Source of the DNA: Nitrosopumilaceae archaeon
GTDB taxonomy: Archaea; Thermoproteota; Nitrososphaeria; Nitrososphaerales; Nitrosopumilaceae
Assembly (NCBI GenBank): GCA_965214835.1
Contig: CBDCCK010000002.1
Coordinates: 960,001 to 1,024,000, forward strand
DNA length: 64,000 bases
Direction of reading: 5' to 3'
Positions 19,344 through 29,971 of this stretch are shown one piece after another. A program made the position numbers and the translations under genes. Position 1 is the first letter of the stretch; each line of letters begins with the position of its first letter. Below the pieces are notes generated by a model. That model searched no databases. It saw nothing but the letters and a program-made list of their open reading frames with translations, and was not told the DNA's origin.

Positions 19344-20498
19344 ATGGAGTATCTTTCAATGCTGCCCGGCCCGACAAACGTGCCCAACAGGGTAATGAGG
19401 GCGATGCTTGCACCGATCATCAACCACAGAAGCGACGACTTTGTAGAGCTGTACACCGATGTCATTGAGAAGACCCAGCAGGTCTTTGAGACAAAAAACG
19501 ACATCGTTGCGCTATCTGCGTCCGGCACTGGCGCAGTCGAGGCAGGCGTCATAAACCTAGTCAAAAAGGGCGATAAGGTAATCATTCCCGTCAACGGGGA
19601 GTTCAGCAGCAGACTGTCCCAGCTAATCGAGGGCCAGGGCGCAGACGTCGTAAGGCTCGAGACTCCTCCCGGGCAAAATGCCACCTTTGATCAGGTGAGG
19701 GAGGCATTTGACAACAACCCCGACGTAAAGGCATTCTATGTCGTCCATAACGAGACATCCACGGGAACCATGGTAAACTATCTCGACAGGGTATCTGATC
19801 TGACCTCCAGAAACGACGCGTTTTACGTGGTCGATTCCGTCTCGCTCCTAGGCGGTGCGCCGCTGCCCGTGGACAAGTGGAACGTGGATGTGTGCATGAC
19901 AGGGGCACAAAAGGCAATAGCCGCGCCCCCGGGAATCTCCCCGATATCTGTCAGCCCCCGGGCCAAAAAATACATGATTGAAAACCCCCCGAACACGATG
20001 TACTTTAACCTGGCAAGGTACTTTAGGTATTATGACGAGGAAAGGCACACGCCGTTCACGCCGGCACTGCCGCTGCTGTATGCATACAGGGAGGCATGCT
20101 CGATTCTCCTAGAGGAGGGACTCGAAAACGTATTCCGGAGGCACAAGGTCTGCTCTGACTCGCTGTATGACGGACTGAGTGCGATGGGCCTGTCCCCGTT
20201 TGCAAGGGAGGAGGATCGCTCCATCTCGATTGTGGCGCTCAACTATCTTGACGGACTCGAAGACAAGACGTTTCGAAACACGCTTGCAGACAGGTTCAAG
20301 GTTCTGGTCGCAGGCGGGTTTGGGAACCTCAAGGGCAAGGTATTCAGAGTGGGCTGCATGGGGGAGGTGAGCCCCTACCACGTCATGAGGACCGTCTCTG
20401 CGGTATCCTCGACACTGGCAATGATGGGGTATGACATAGACGCCCAAGCGGGCCTCAGGGCAGCCGAGCAGAGACTCAAGGCACTCAATCACTGCTAA
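19344..20498 (+). CDS. Class V PLP aminotransferase (serine-pyruvate/alanine-glyoxylate type)
   Basis: PGPTNVP, VHNETSTG, DSVS and AQKA motifs. Confidence 0.92.
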   Translation: MEYLSMLPGPTNVPNRVMRAMLAPIINHRSDDFVELYTDVIEKTQQVFETKNDIVALSASGTGAVEAGVINLVKKGDKVIIPVNGEFSSRLSQLIEGQGADVVRLETPPGQNATFDQVREAFDNNPDVKAFYVVHNETSTGTMVNYLDRVSDLTSRNDAFYVVDSVSLLGGAPLPVDKWNVDVCMTGAQKAIAAPPGISPISVSPRAKKYMIENPPNTMYFNLARYFRYYDEERHTPFTPALPLLYAYREACSILLEEGLENVFRRHKVCSDSLYDGLSAMGLSPFAREEDRSISIVALNYLDGLEDKTFRNTLADRFKVLVAGGFGNLKGKVFRVGCMGEVSPYHVMRTVSAVSSTLAMMGYDIDAQAGLRAAEQRLKALNHC

Positions 20499-20554
20499 AT
20501 GCCACGAAGCGAATCCTTCGCGTGTACGAGGTCACTTGGTTTTGACGTGTTTTG

Positions 20555-20683
20555 GGGGTTGTCGCCTAATTCGCTAGAATCCCCGAAAACCGTTGAGATG
20601 CCATATGATCAGGCGTGCAAAAGGGCGGAAATTCGGAAAAACGTACGGATTGAGTCGGGTAGGTGGAATTAGGCGACAGCCCC
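20555..20683. mobile_element. MITE family B
   Basis: TIR GGGGTTGTCGCCTAATTC; 9-bp TSD CGTGTTTTG. Confidence 0.9.
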
Positions 20684-21225
20684 CGTGTTTTGACAACCTG
20701 CGTAACATATTGCGATCATGCTGATCAAATACGATGCCTGTATAGCATCAGCATCATGAAAGGCCGTCGACCCACATACCGCGAACTAGAGGCCACAATC
20801 GTATCATTCACAGACAGAATAAGCACGCTAGAAAATAACCAAAAGGTAATGTGCAGGATGATGAAGGAGAAGGACAGGCGGCTCCGGTACTACGAGAACG
20901 AGAACTCGCCACCGTCTGCAGAATCACTAGAGTACAAGAGGCAAAAGGCGCAGCGGAAAAGGGAGAGGGCTAGTAACCGTGGCAACGGCAGCAACGGCAG
21001 CAGTAGTGGCAACAATAATGGCACCGGCAAAAAGCCGGGAGGCCAGAGGGGCCACAAGGGGACATCCAGAAGACACGACCCACAGAAGACGGTGCTTCAC
21101 ACGTTCCAGGACAACGACGGGACGTGCTCGCCGGTGTGCATGTGCGGGGGGGCCATGGACATAACTGCCCTGATACGGGACATCATCGACTTTGAACCGG
21201 TCAGGATGACAGAGACGCGGCACAT

Positions 21226-22641
21226 CAGTACTTCCTAGATGTACTTTTGCAGACCCGACACGGCACCTCCGCTACTTTCCGCGATCGTTTACAAACGAGT
21301 CGGCCGCATCGACAATGCACGCGACAAACAGCATCATGGTAAACCCCTTCCCTCCTGCAAATCCGTCCCACTTGGATTCCACGTCTATGAACACGGCAGT
21401 CCTCCACAGGTTGTACAGTATGACAGACATATAGAACAGCAGCAGCCTGACGACCGGGGAATTGCTGCACGTCTTGCCCATTATCCCCTTGATCACCCTG
21501 AACCCGGTCTCGATTCCCCACCGACTGCGGTACTCCTCCGGTATCTGCTCAATGACTGCCTCTGCACTTTTAGCAGACATGTTGGTGGCAAAGACCAGAT
21601 ACCTGTCGGCTATGGTCTCTTCTGCCTTGTCCTTCTTTGCTGCTGCCGTGCCGTCCTTTTCTACCTCGTCCTTTTCCACAATGACTAGCCTGAATGTGGC
21701 GCTCTTGCCGTCCTTGTTGGTCATTGTATATTTTGATACCGCACCGCGTTCTCCGCGGTCATGCTCCTCTATTGCCGCCACTATCCTCCTGTTCTTGACG
21801 GCAGGCATGATGTAGCTGCCCGTGCTTGTTTCTGCAGCCCTCATGCAGTCCACGTTAAAGAACCCGCGGTCATACAGGAACGTCTTGATCCTCATCCCTG
21901 ATCTGGACGCCTTGCGGATCATTTTAGGCACGAAATCGGCCAGTTTTGCCTCTTTTGGAAGCTGCAGCGAGGAAAGCACGAGGTCAGACCCGTCATCTGA
22001 TCCTATTCCGTGCATGGTAATGTGCGAGAGAAACGTCGACGTGCCGTTCTTGGGCTTTGACTTTCTGGCGATATCCTCCAGGCCCTTGCCATAGTATTCC
22101 ACGTCGGTAACGTCCACTGCCACGACGTCCGTGTTGTGCAGCATGCCTGACCTGCGGGCGCACCTTACCGTATGCTGCAGCATGGAGCTGCACCACTTTT
22201 GCGCATCATCCAGGCTGACGCCCCGGATCGCCTTTAGGATCCAGTCCGGACTAGGCGTACGGCAACTATACGCGCCGCCCTTGGAGGCAGCCCCGTCGTC
22301 ATGCTGCTGCCTGCTGCATTTTGAGGCCCGCCTGCGAAGGTGCGTCACGGCAGATTCTGCAAACATCCTCCTCTCAGACATGAAATATAGAACGCGCAGT
22401 GCGTCGATGTGGTCATACACTGCGTTGCGACTCTTTGAGACGGCCAGCCCGAGCTTGGGAAACCGCCGTCGCAATGTTTTAAACTGTCTCGATGTTATGT
22501 CAAACTGGTGTGCAAACACGTCGTTTTGTGTTGGTATCATGATGATGGTTGGCACACCGCCTGATCTATAGTATGATGGTCAAAAAATCTCGGCAAATTG
22601 CGTAATTATCGTGCCTGCAAAAGTACATCGAGGAACTACTG
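21226..22641 (-). mobile_element. ISH3/IS4-superfamily element
   Basis: Imperfect 27-bp TIR CAGTACTTCCTAGATGTACTTTTGCAG; TSD ACAT. Confidence 0.88.
21272..22555 (-). CDS. ISH3-like DDE transposase
   Basis: VAVDVT, YDRGF and YRSRWGIETGFR (YREK-like) motifs. Confidence 0.9.
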   Translation of the reverse strand: MPTIIMIPTQNDVFAHQFDITSRQFKTLRRRFPKLGLAVSKSRNAVYDHIDALRVLYFMSERRMFAESAVTHLRRRASKCSRQQHDDGAASKGGAYSCRTPSPDWILKAIRGVSLDDAQKWCSSMLQHTVRCARRSGMLHNTDVVAVDVTDVEYYGKGLEDIARKSKPKNGTSTFLSHITMHGIGSDDGSDLVLSSLQLPKEAKLADFVPKMIRKASRSGMRIKTFLYDRGFFNVDCMRAAETSTGSYIMPAVKNRRIVAAIEEHDRGERGAVSKYTMTNKDGKSATFRLVIVEKDEVEKDGTAAAKKDKAEETIADRYLVFATNMSAKSAEAVIEQIPEEYRSRWGIETGFRVIKGIMGKTCSNSPVVRLLLFYMSVILYNLWRTAVFIDVESKWDGFAGGKGFTMMLFVACIVDAADSFVNDRGK

Positions 22642-23481
22642 ACATAACCGAGCGTGCCACATGCAGACTGTGCGGCATTATGATATCAGCAGACGACGGA
22701 CTCCCAAGGAGGGGCAGGTACGGCAAGCACATGATCTCCCTTGTGTCTGCCTTGCGCGCAAGGCACATGCCGCTGCAGTCCGTGGCAGACACGCTCAAGG
22801 ATTTTACCGGCAGGAGCATCGCCAAATCGACCGTAATCAACATGATCGGAGGGGTATGCGACTCTATGCAAAAGCCGTCAGGCGCGATCCTGGGCGGCAT
22901 CAAGAGATCATCCAACGTCAGAATAGACGAGACTGCGGCCAACATGAACGGCAGCCGCATATGGACATGGACTGCCGAGACGGACAACGGCGTGTTTGTC
23001 GAGTACAATACGAGCAGGGGCGCACTGTTCCTGGACAGGCACATGGAGGGGTATGGCGGAATAGTGACATCTGACAAGTATTCGGTGTATGACAGGTTCA
23101 ACGGGGAGGACAGGCACCAGCTGTGCTGGTCGCACGAGCTGCGCGTATCAAAATACGCGGCGCAAAAGCAGGGCGCCCCGCTGTTTGCGGGAATACTGTA
23201 CGAGCAGCTTCGGCAGCTGTACCGCAGCGCCGTCAGGGCAGCGAGGAGGAAGGACAGGGGCAAGGATCTGCGCAGAAGGTTCGAGTCCTGGCTGCGCAAC
23301 ATACTGTTCGGGTACCGGGAAAGCACGGACGACCCCGTCCTGGGCCCGGTACTGCGCAGGCTGACAAGCTCGCTGCCGCACCTGTTTACGTTCCTGGAGC
23401 ACGACGGCGTGCATCCCACAAACAACGCCGCAGAGCGTGCCCTCCGTTACGCCGTCGTCTTCCGCAAGATAAGCGGGCAGA

Positions 23482-23573
23482 GTATGTGGTCACGTCCCCC
23501 TGTTGACTAGGCGTGAAAATCATGTCATAGATATCAATTCGTGCCTGATTGGCAGGGGTAGGTGACCTCATAC
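23482..23573. mobile_element. MITE family A (92 bp, IS66-derived)
   Basis: TIR GTATGTGGTCAC/GTGACCTCATAC; 8-bp TSD CGGGCAGA. Confidence 0.92.
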
Positions 23574-23754
23574 CGGGCAGATCAAGGGAGGGGAACTCTG
23601 GATGAGGAGGTGGTCGTGGTTTATGACGTGCATACTGACATGGAGGGCAAGGGGCAGATCCGTAGCAGACGAGGTCATGAAACTGGTTTAGGAACGTGAC
23701 CTCGTACTATCATTGCTGTAAAATGTATATAAACAGAATCCAATACTCAATAAC

Positions 23755-24003
23755 ATGTCAGAAACTAGAAGGATGCATGCGAATCCGTTCCACAACCTGC
23801 CGGAGGACAAGATGGCCATAATCAGAGGCGATTTTTATGAAAATAACAACTCCAAAAAAATAACTTTTGAGCAGCATCTTGAATCACTGCACAGGGATGA
23901 CGTGATTCCCGAGGAGGTGCTCGATGTCATAGAAGGCGAAGGGAAGAAAGGGGAAGTAGTAACGGGTGAAGAATTCTTGGAATGGCTACACAAGGATGAC
24001 TAG
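23755..24003 (+). CDS. Putative antitoxin
   Basis: Small acidic ORF overlapping a RelE-like gene; C-terminal VVTGEEFLEWL. Confidence 0.65.
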   Translation: MSETRRMHANPFHNLPEDKMAIIRGDFYENNNSKKITFEQHLESLHRDDVIPEEVLDVIEGEGKKGEVVTGEEFLEWLHKDD

Positions 24004-24265
24004 GTGGAACGTTGAAAAGAGATCTGCTTTTAAAAAGCAATACAGGAACATAGGACGTGAAAGGCAGAAAAGGGCAGATGTCGCCATATCCGAACTTTTG
24101 TCATCTTCGGATCCTGCAGCCCTTGGGACATACAAGCGGGACGGAAGGTTCTTTGCGTATAATCTTAGCAAAGGTGACCGGCTCATATACACGATAAACT
24201 ATTCTGACAGGACGGTAACGTTCCAGCGCATCTGTGATCACAAGTCCGCCTACGGTATGGACTAG
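23996..24265 (+). CDS. RelE/ParE-like toxin
   Basis: Basic 89-aa ORF: FKKQYRNI...DRLIYTI...ICDHKSAY. Confidence 0.75.
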   Translation: MTRWNVEKRSAFKKQYRNIGRERQKRADVAISELLSSSDPAALGTYKRDGRFFAYNLSKGDRLIYTINYSDRTVTFQRICDHKSAYGMD

Positions 24266-24322
24266 ACGGCCTCTTTTTCTTAAGTAATTCGTGTAATTAG
24301 AAGCCATACAAACGCTTGGGTT

Positions 24323-24432
24323 GCAACAGATCGGTCTCTAGAAGCCGTTTTTGATTTTATGCACGGGTTCTATTTTGACCGGCATTCATTAGTGACAAAA
24401 TTCGTGCCTGAACTTCCAGTACGAGCTGTTAC
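24323..24432. mobile_element. MITE family C, degenerate
   Basis: Ends resemble 4452-4562; no TSD. Confidence 0.7.
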
Positions 24433-24447
24433 GATAACTTGCAGTTT

Positions 24448-24680
24448 TGTGTTATATGAAAATTAGGCTCGTTAGTCATTGATGTCCCCCTCCATCCATT
24501 TTGGGTCGCTTTTCCTGATCGCATTAGTGGCCTCCTTGCTCCCAAACGCCTGAAGCGGCGTCTCACAGTTGGCAATGTCAAGCGAAAAGTGGAGCCTTCT
24601 CTCGTTGTAATAGTCCACGTACTGCCTCAGGTCGTCATAATGCCGCATCTCCTCCTCGATGGTGCGATGGAACCGCCCCG
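24448..24680 (-). pseudogene. IS481-like integrase-core transposase 3' remnant
   Basis: RFHRTIEEE...YVDYYNERRLHFSL...TP; terminal ACA. Confidence 0.7.
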
Positions 24681-24682
24681 CC

Positions 24683-25811
24683 TTATTGCCAGTCCGAGCA
24701 GGTAGTATCGAGGCCTGGCAGGAGATCCGTCGCTTTCAAAATCCAGAAACACGTCGGTCTTTCCCCTTCGTACATTGGCGCCCCATCCTGGCTTTTTTTA
24801 GCCTTTTTTGTAACAAGGGCATTAACATGCGTAATCATCGATCTGGAAAGTTTCATGCCAAAACCTACATCTGCAAGCCCTCGTTCTCCGGCGTCCCTGA
24901 CATCATGGATCGTGTTAAATCCTGCCTCCTGCAGCATGCCTGCCCGCTGCTTCCCTACCCCGCTGATAAGGCTCAGGCTTCCGTGCTTGATTGCCAATTT
25001 GTTACCGTAACGGAGCCACGGGTGAGATCCTTTGCCGTACGCAGGATCAGGCATCTTCCCGTCCATGATGTCCATTATCTGCCCCAACGAAAACTCAAGA
25101 CGCCCCACCCACTGGTCATACGAGAAGGGGTGCTCTTTTTTATCTCCGTCTATGACGTAAAACACATCTGGAGTGACACCCTGTATTGCCCCGAGCAACC
25201 GGTTGTAAAACGCAGCCTGGAGAACGTGGCCTCGTTTTAGCCGCACGCTCTTGATCTCTTTGATCACGTAGTAGTGATTCCCAAATTCCGATTTTCCGCG
25301 ACGGCGCTCGAGCACGTCGGGCATGCCAAACATGCCATTTGGGAGCGAGATGACAGGAGGGTTTGAGATCATTTTTGTGCCTGCAGCCATTGCGTCAAGG
25401 CCCTGTCTGAACCCGTCACTGAATGTCAGGTATGGCATCTTTTGGGGTATGTGGTCACGTCCCCCTGTTGACTAGGCGTGAAAATCATGTCATAGATATC
25501 AATTCGTGCCTGATTGGCAGGGGTAGGTGACCTCATACCTTTTGGGGAATGCCATATGATTCCTCAACTGTTTTTGCCTCGTAGACATTGCCTGCCTCTG
25601 CCATGGCATCTAGCATTGGATCCGGAGGATCTCTCTCTGCAGGATCCGCATACATGTCGGCCCACAGTGAGAACGGACTGTAATAATGCCTCAGAACGTC
25701 ACTTGCCCTAACGGCCCTGTCCCAATTGCCCGTAGTGTGCCTTGCATGCATTTCGGCTAGATCCGCCGGTCGAGGCACATTCCTGACCATATCAAAAATC
25801 TCATTTGCCAT
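24683..25811 (-). pseudogene. TM0106-like RecB-family nuclease, interrupted by MITE-A and 3'-truncated
   Basis: GMPDVL...KEIKS...HVLQAAFY plus an HhH region. Removing the MITE joins ..YGIPQK to MPYLTF.. in frame. Confidence 0.8.
25447..25538. mobile_element. MITE family A
   Basis: Identical to 23482-23573; TSD CTTTTGGG. Confidence 0.93.
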
Positions 25812-25967
25812 CTTGATTTATGTCTTCCAAGTATATGCAGTCTTCAGAGGTTCCCAGGAAAACGGTTCCAAATTTGACACAATTCAGATCAGGCTGTCTG
25901 CAGGTCCGCATGCGGCTGTCTGCACTGCCATGAGTCGGGTTACATCTGGGAAGACTGTGGTTGTACA

Positions 25968-26097
25968 GGGGTTGTCGCCTAATTCCGTTTATTTGACTCA
26001 ATCTGCATGTTTTTTTGAATTTCCGCCCTTTTGCACACCTGATCCATATGGCACTTCAACGGTTTTCAGGAATTCTGGTGAATTAGGCGACAACCCC
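25968..26097. mobile_element. MITE family B
   Basis: TIRs present; 9-bp TSD GGTTGTACA. Confidence 0.9.
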
Positions 26098-26147
26098 GGT
26101 TGTACAATAACTTTTATCGTATTCTAAATCTATAAAATGCAGGCAAC

Positions 26148-26883
26148 ATGTCGACTCAAACTTCAGGATGGGAATTTTCTTACAAACTAGGCAGTAAAAT
26201 TGATTATGATGAAAGCCTCCCAAAGCAAGAAAACGTTGATTTTGTTACTGAAATATACGGAAAGCAACGAGCAATAACTGGATTCAAAGTAACGTCCAGA
26301 AAAACAATCCAACATGATGCTCAAAACGACGCTGAACGAAAAGCAAAGGCTTTGATGGCATTACTCATATCATCTTCTGGCACATATTCGACACACACAC
26401 TATGTGGGTTTACTGAAATTAAAGAATCTGGACGTAGAAGAGTTGGACCATCAATCATATTCAGCCACTCTATTCGAAACAATGGATTGTCGGATATTCC
26501 TGATGACAAATTCCAAGAAATTCTTAACAAAGAAAATCCATCTTTGGATGAAAAACTGCAATTCATGTCCAAGGCTAGACAGGCAGAAAAGACCAATGAC
26601 TATGAACCCACAATTAAATATCTTTTTCTGGCTTGTAACGAAAACCCGCCTCAAGATCTTAAAAAATTTAAATTTTTACGTCATGCAATTTCACATAACA
26701 AAGGTTCATTGCATAAGGACACAATCAAGGGATTACAAGAATTTGGAGCGAATTACTTTGAATTGACTTGTGACAATAAACTCGATTGGGATTCTCAAAA
26801 ACCATGACAATTTAAAAATTCAGGCATTTAAATTCTTAAACATCATGGATGCTCAGTTAAGAAAAGAATTATCAAATGGATAA
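26148..26883 (+). CDS. AT-rich protein with HEPN-like Rx4H motif; probable frameshift near 26800
   Basis: LRHAISH motif. The ORF stops at 26807, but one more A in the A-run extends a helical tail to 26883. Confidence 0.6.
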
Positions 26884-26998
26884 ATGTTCACGGCCCCACA
26901 GCAGTTAAAAATTCGCACTCATCCCGACTGTAAGGTCGCATTTCCACCCAATTATGATCATGTATGAAATTCTGCATGCCAGAACCCCACGAAACAAT

Positions 26999-27115
26999 AG
27001 ACTTTATGCGTAATCACCGGGATCAAAACATTTGCATGAGGTCATGCCCACTTGCTGGCTAGGCATGAAAACCACAACTGCAGGCAAATGTGTGCCTGAT
27101 TGCTGCTCAGGCAGG
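26999..27115. repeat. ISL2-type terminus followed by a degenerate MITE-A
   Basis: AGACTTTATGCGTAATC followed by GCATGAGGTCATGCCC...GGCTAGGCATGAAAACC...GTGCCTGATT. Confidence 0.6.
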
Positions 27116-27291
27116 GGCTGCCATATTACGTTATTTTGTCCGCGATATCCCTGTACTATTTAAAGAAGACTTGGAGTATGTTTTTATGCCAGTCATTGGT
27201 AATAGAACCGTTTGGTACCTGCCTATACGTGAATCCTTGGAACTAGCAGGGTTGCTGGGGTCCAGGGTTGATGTGGGTATAGGCCCCCAAA

Positions 27292-27888
27292 CTATTTTAA
27301 AACACTATTTTTGAGCCTGGTTCCAATCCTACCTGTGACGTCCAGACGTGTTACGCTTTTTGGTTCCATTCCTTTGTTGTCTGCCCACGCGACGATGTCC
27401 GCCAGTGCATGGGCATCGCCATCACGGGCATGCGTCACGTATGTATGTCTTAGGCCAACATCCTTTGCAAAATCGATACAGTCGCCATCGCATTGGAATA
27501 CAACGTCTGACAGGGCGTGTCTGTGTGCAGCCAGGAAATGCTGAATCCTGCCCCGGAGTTCTTTTAGCAACAGGCGATTATACGCCCTCAAGACCCTCCT
27601 GGTTGTGGCATAACTATTCTTAGTTTTTTTCATTTTGACGATTTTATCGACTATGAGATCTCTGTCTATTTTAACGCATAATACGGAACATTCTTTGCTG
27701 CGAAACTCCAACCTAGATAGGATGGATCTGCGGACCTTTCTGGGCATGCCACTCATGTGTATCTGTCTGTATCCCAAAGATTCCACGAGTGATCGTATGT
27801 ACGTATCAACGCCGATAACAACCGCCAGGTACAGGTTCTGTTGTCTTGGACATCCGGACACGTCCAACCCAGCTACAAGTCCGGGCAT
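27292..27888 (-). CDS. DUF3800-like hypothetical protein
   Basis: GLDVSG...IHMS...CDGD...LADIVAWA pattern. Confidence 0.55.
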   Translation of the reverse strand: MPGLVAGLDVSGCPRQQNLYLAVVIGVDTYIRSLVESLGYRQIHMSGMPRKVRRSILSRLEFRSKECSVLCVKIDRDLIVDKIVKMKKTKNSYATTRRVLRAYNRLLLKELRGRIQHFLAAHRHALSDVVFQCDGDCIDFAKDVGLRHTYVTHARDGDAHALADIVAWADNKGMEPKSVTRLDVTGRIGTRLKNSVLK

Positions 27889-28254
27889 GGCTTGACCGAT
27901 CCTGCACGTAACGTAGTTGATGCATCCGTATGCTTGCCAGTTCGTCCGCCCTTCCTTGTGTTCCGCATTGTCATGTCTTTGCTCCTTACACTCTTTTTTT
28001 GGTAGGTAAAAAGCCTCCTGTGTCGGACTTGCTGACATAAGAGTAACACGATTTCCTCCCCCCGGCAATCAGATGCTGATGGATACATCAGAAAAGACGT
28101 TCGGTCCGCCGACAGTCCGCAGTCCGTACCGCATCCTGCATGCGATCACGGTGGGCTGAACCTGCAATCCAAAACAATTTTAAACAGACGCATCCATACA
28201 CAGAGCGAGCATCTTGATGAAACCCAAATTTGGGGGGATTTCATCGCCTGAGAG

Positions 28255-28304
28255 CCGTAGAAACGCTCCGGTTAGCTTGCCGTTGGTCTGCGGGTGGTGG
28301 GGCC
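28255..28304 (-). pseudogene. IS481-like transposase fragment
   Basis: PHHPQTNGKL then ERFY with a frameshift. Confidence 0.55.
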
Positions 28305-28433
28305 GAGGTTGTCGCCTAATTCCCCCTGCCTGACTCAATCTGCACACTTTTCTGAATTTCCACTTCCTTTGCACGCCTAATCCAGCGACACCACATGGTT
28401 TTTAGGAATTCTGATGAATTAGGCGACAACCTC
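28305..28433. mobile_element. MITE family B variant
   Basis: TIR GAGGTTGTCGCCTAATTC at both ends; no TSD. Confidence 0.82.
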
Positions 28434-28551
28434 CCTTCTATGTCCACATAGAAAACTCAAATGATGTGCTTATAGGTCATTCTGAAGTAGTTTACGCATC
28501 ACTCGACGGTTAACACGGGGAATTATCACGCTATAAGTTAACAGAACCTGG

Positions 28552-29718
28552 TCATGGCAGCTGCCACGAATTTGTAGTTCCATCTACGCGCCACACATAC
28601 CAAGGATTCGTTCTGTCGCTGGCCTCTATCGTAGTTTCTATGACTGTACATTCAGTATCCGCAAGATACGAATTATATACCTCAGACAGGCCTACTGTGA
28701 CCACTGCATGGACTACGTTGTATCCATTCGAGTTGGAGCATGTGGATACACGGAAGTCCATGTTATTGCTTGTTCCATGGCCTATTCCTTCATGTCCTTC
28801 CACATATGGCGGTTGGGCCGTAATATTATGTTCTCCAATACTATAAAGTCCGTACGTAGCTACTTGGCAGTTGCCATACGTGCAGATCCAAGGCTCGCCG
28901 TAGACTATGGAAAAATGAGGCGTCAGATCCAAAGCATCAGCATCTGGTAAAAACAGACTTATCCACTCTGATACGACATCTGGTATGCTGCCGGCATCTT
29001 GCTCGTGCGCCCTACTTTCCAACATCTCCTTCAGCTGGTTGGAGTCACAGTTCTTGGCATACTGGCACGCAAAGATATTGATCACGACGTTCCAGTATTT
29101 TGGATCCTGATCAAACAGTTCCTCAGGAACGTTTCCATGCTCTGCCAAAATGTTGAACTTGGCAGCCACGTCATCGGCAAATCGTACAAAGTCGGCGTTG
29201 CCGACGATCTCCAGCAACCTGGCATCTATCTGTTCTACGGTTTCGGGGGCGGGATGCTTCGATCCAACCCAGTCGTGAAACTTTGCTGCCGGATCGGCTG
29301 CACTGTATCGGCCCTCAAGTTTTTGCTTTGTGACAACAAGGGATACGATCTCGTGACTGTACCCATCCTTTTCAATTATGGTGTCAAAGTTGTATATCGC
29401 ATTGTGCGTCTTTACCATGTTCTCATTCCAGCCGTTCTGCGGGTGCTGATAACTGGAGTATCCCTTTATCGCACCAAAACTCTCTTGGAATTTTAGCGCG
29501 TCTGGATACTGCGACTCCCATTTTTCACCGTATCTGTCTGCCAGCTTGTCATCAGGCATTGTGTCCTCCTGCAGGGCCTTATGCCGTAGCACCTCTAGTT
29601 CTTGCAGGTACTTTTCCATTCTTTACTCCTCTGCAAAGGCAGCGTTGCCCGAAAGCGACAGTATGGCCACTGCGATCAGGGAGGCAAAAATGACAGTTTT
29701 TGCGTTTTTTGCAATCAT
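28552..29718 (-). pseudogene. Secreted hypothetical protein with an in-frame stop after the signal peptide
   Basis: MIAKNAKTVIFASLIAVAILSLSGNAAFAEE-TAA(29623-29625) is in frame with the 355-aa ORF. Confidence 0.72.
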
Positions 29719-29971
29719 TGTTGATACAGTTCGAGGTAGTTGCATATAATAGACTTTATGCGTAATCGACCGTGATTAAAAATTCCGTAGGGTTTTCCAA
29801 GCGTAGATGTGTTGATCAGATCAAGATGCCGCATGCAGATACGTCATGACGCGCACAAAAATCAGCTCTTGCCAAAAAGATGTGCGCAGCCATGCAGCAC
29901 GGTGATGTGCCCTGTTGTCAAGTCATAAGAAAGGCGGCTCGTGCCGCCGTACGTTATATTTCAAGCAGATG

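Larger units (their letters stand above)
20756..23691 (+). pseudogene. IS66 transposase split by an ISH3 element and MITE-A
   Basis: Coiled coil, NSPPS, KKPGGQRGHKG, Zn finger, IDET, TSDKY and TNNAAERALR. The frame is restored when both inserts are removed. Confidence 0.9.
20524..23707 (+). mobile_element. Single-ORF IS66 (ISBst12-like) element carrying three nested insertions
   Basis: Perfect 12-bp TIR GTACGAGGTCAC/GTGACCTCGTAC; no matching TSD. Confidence 0.88.

Noticed and set aside
20980-21025. GGCAAC/GGCAGC low-complexity run
   Set aside because: It encodes a Gly/Ser/Asn linker within the IS66 transposase.
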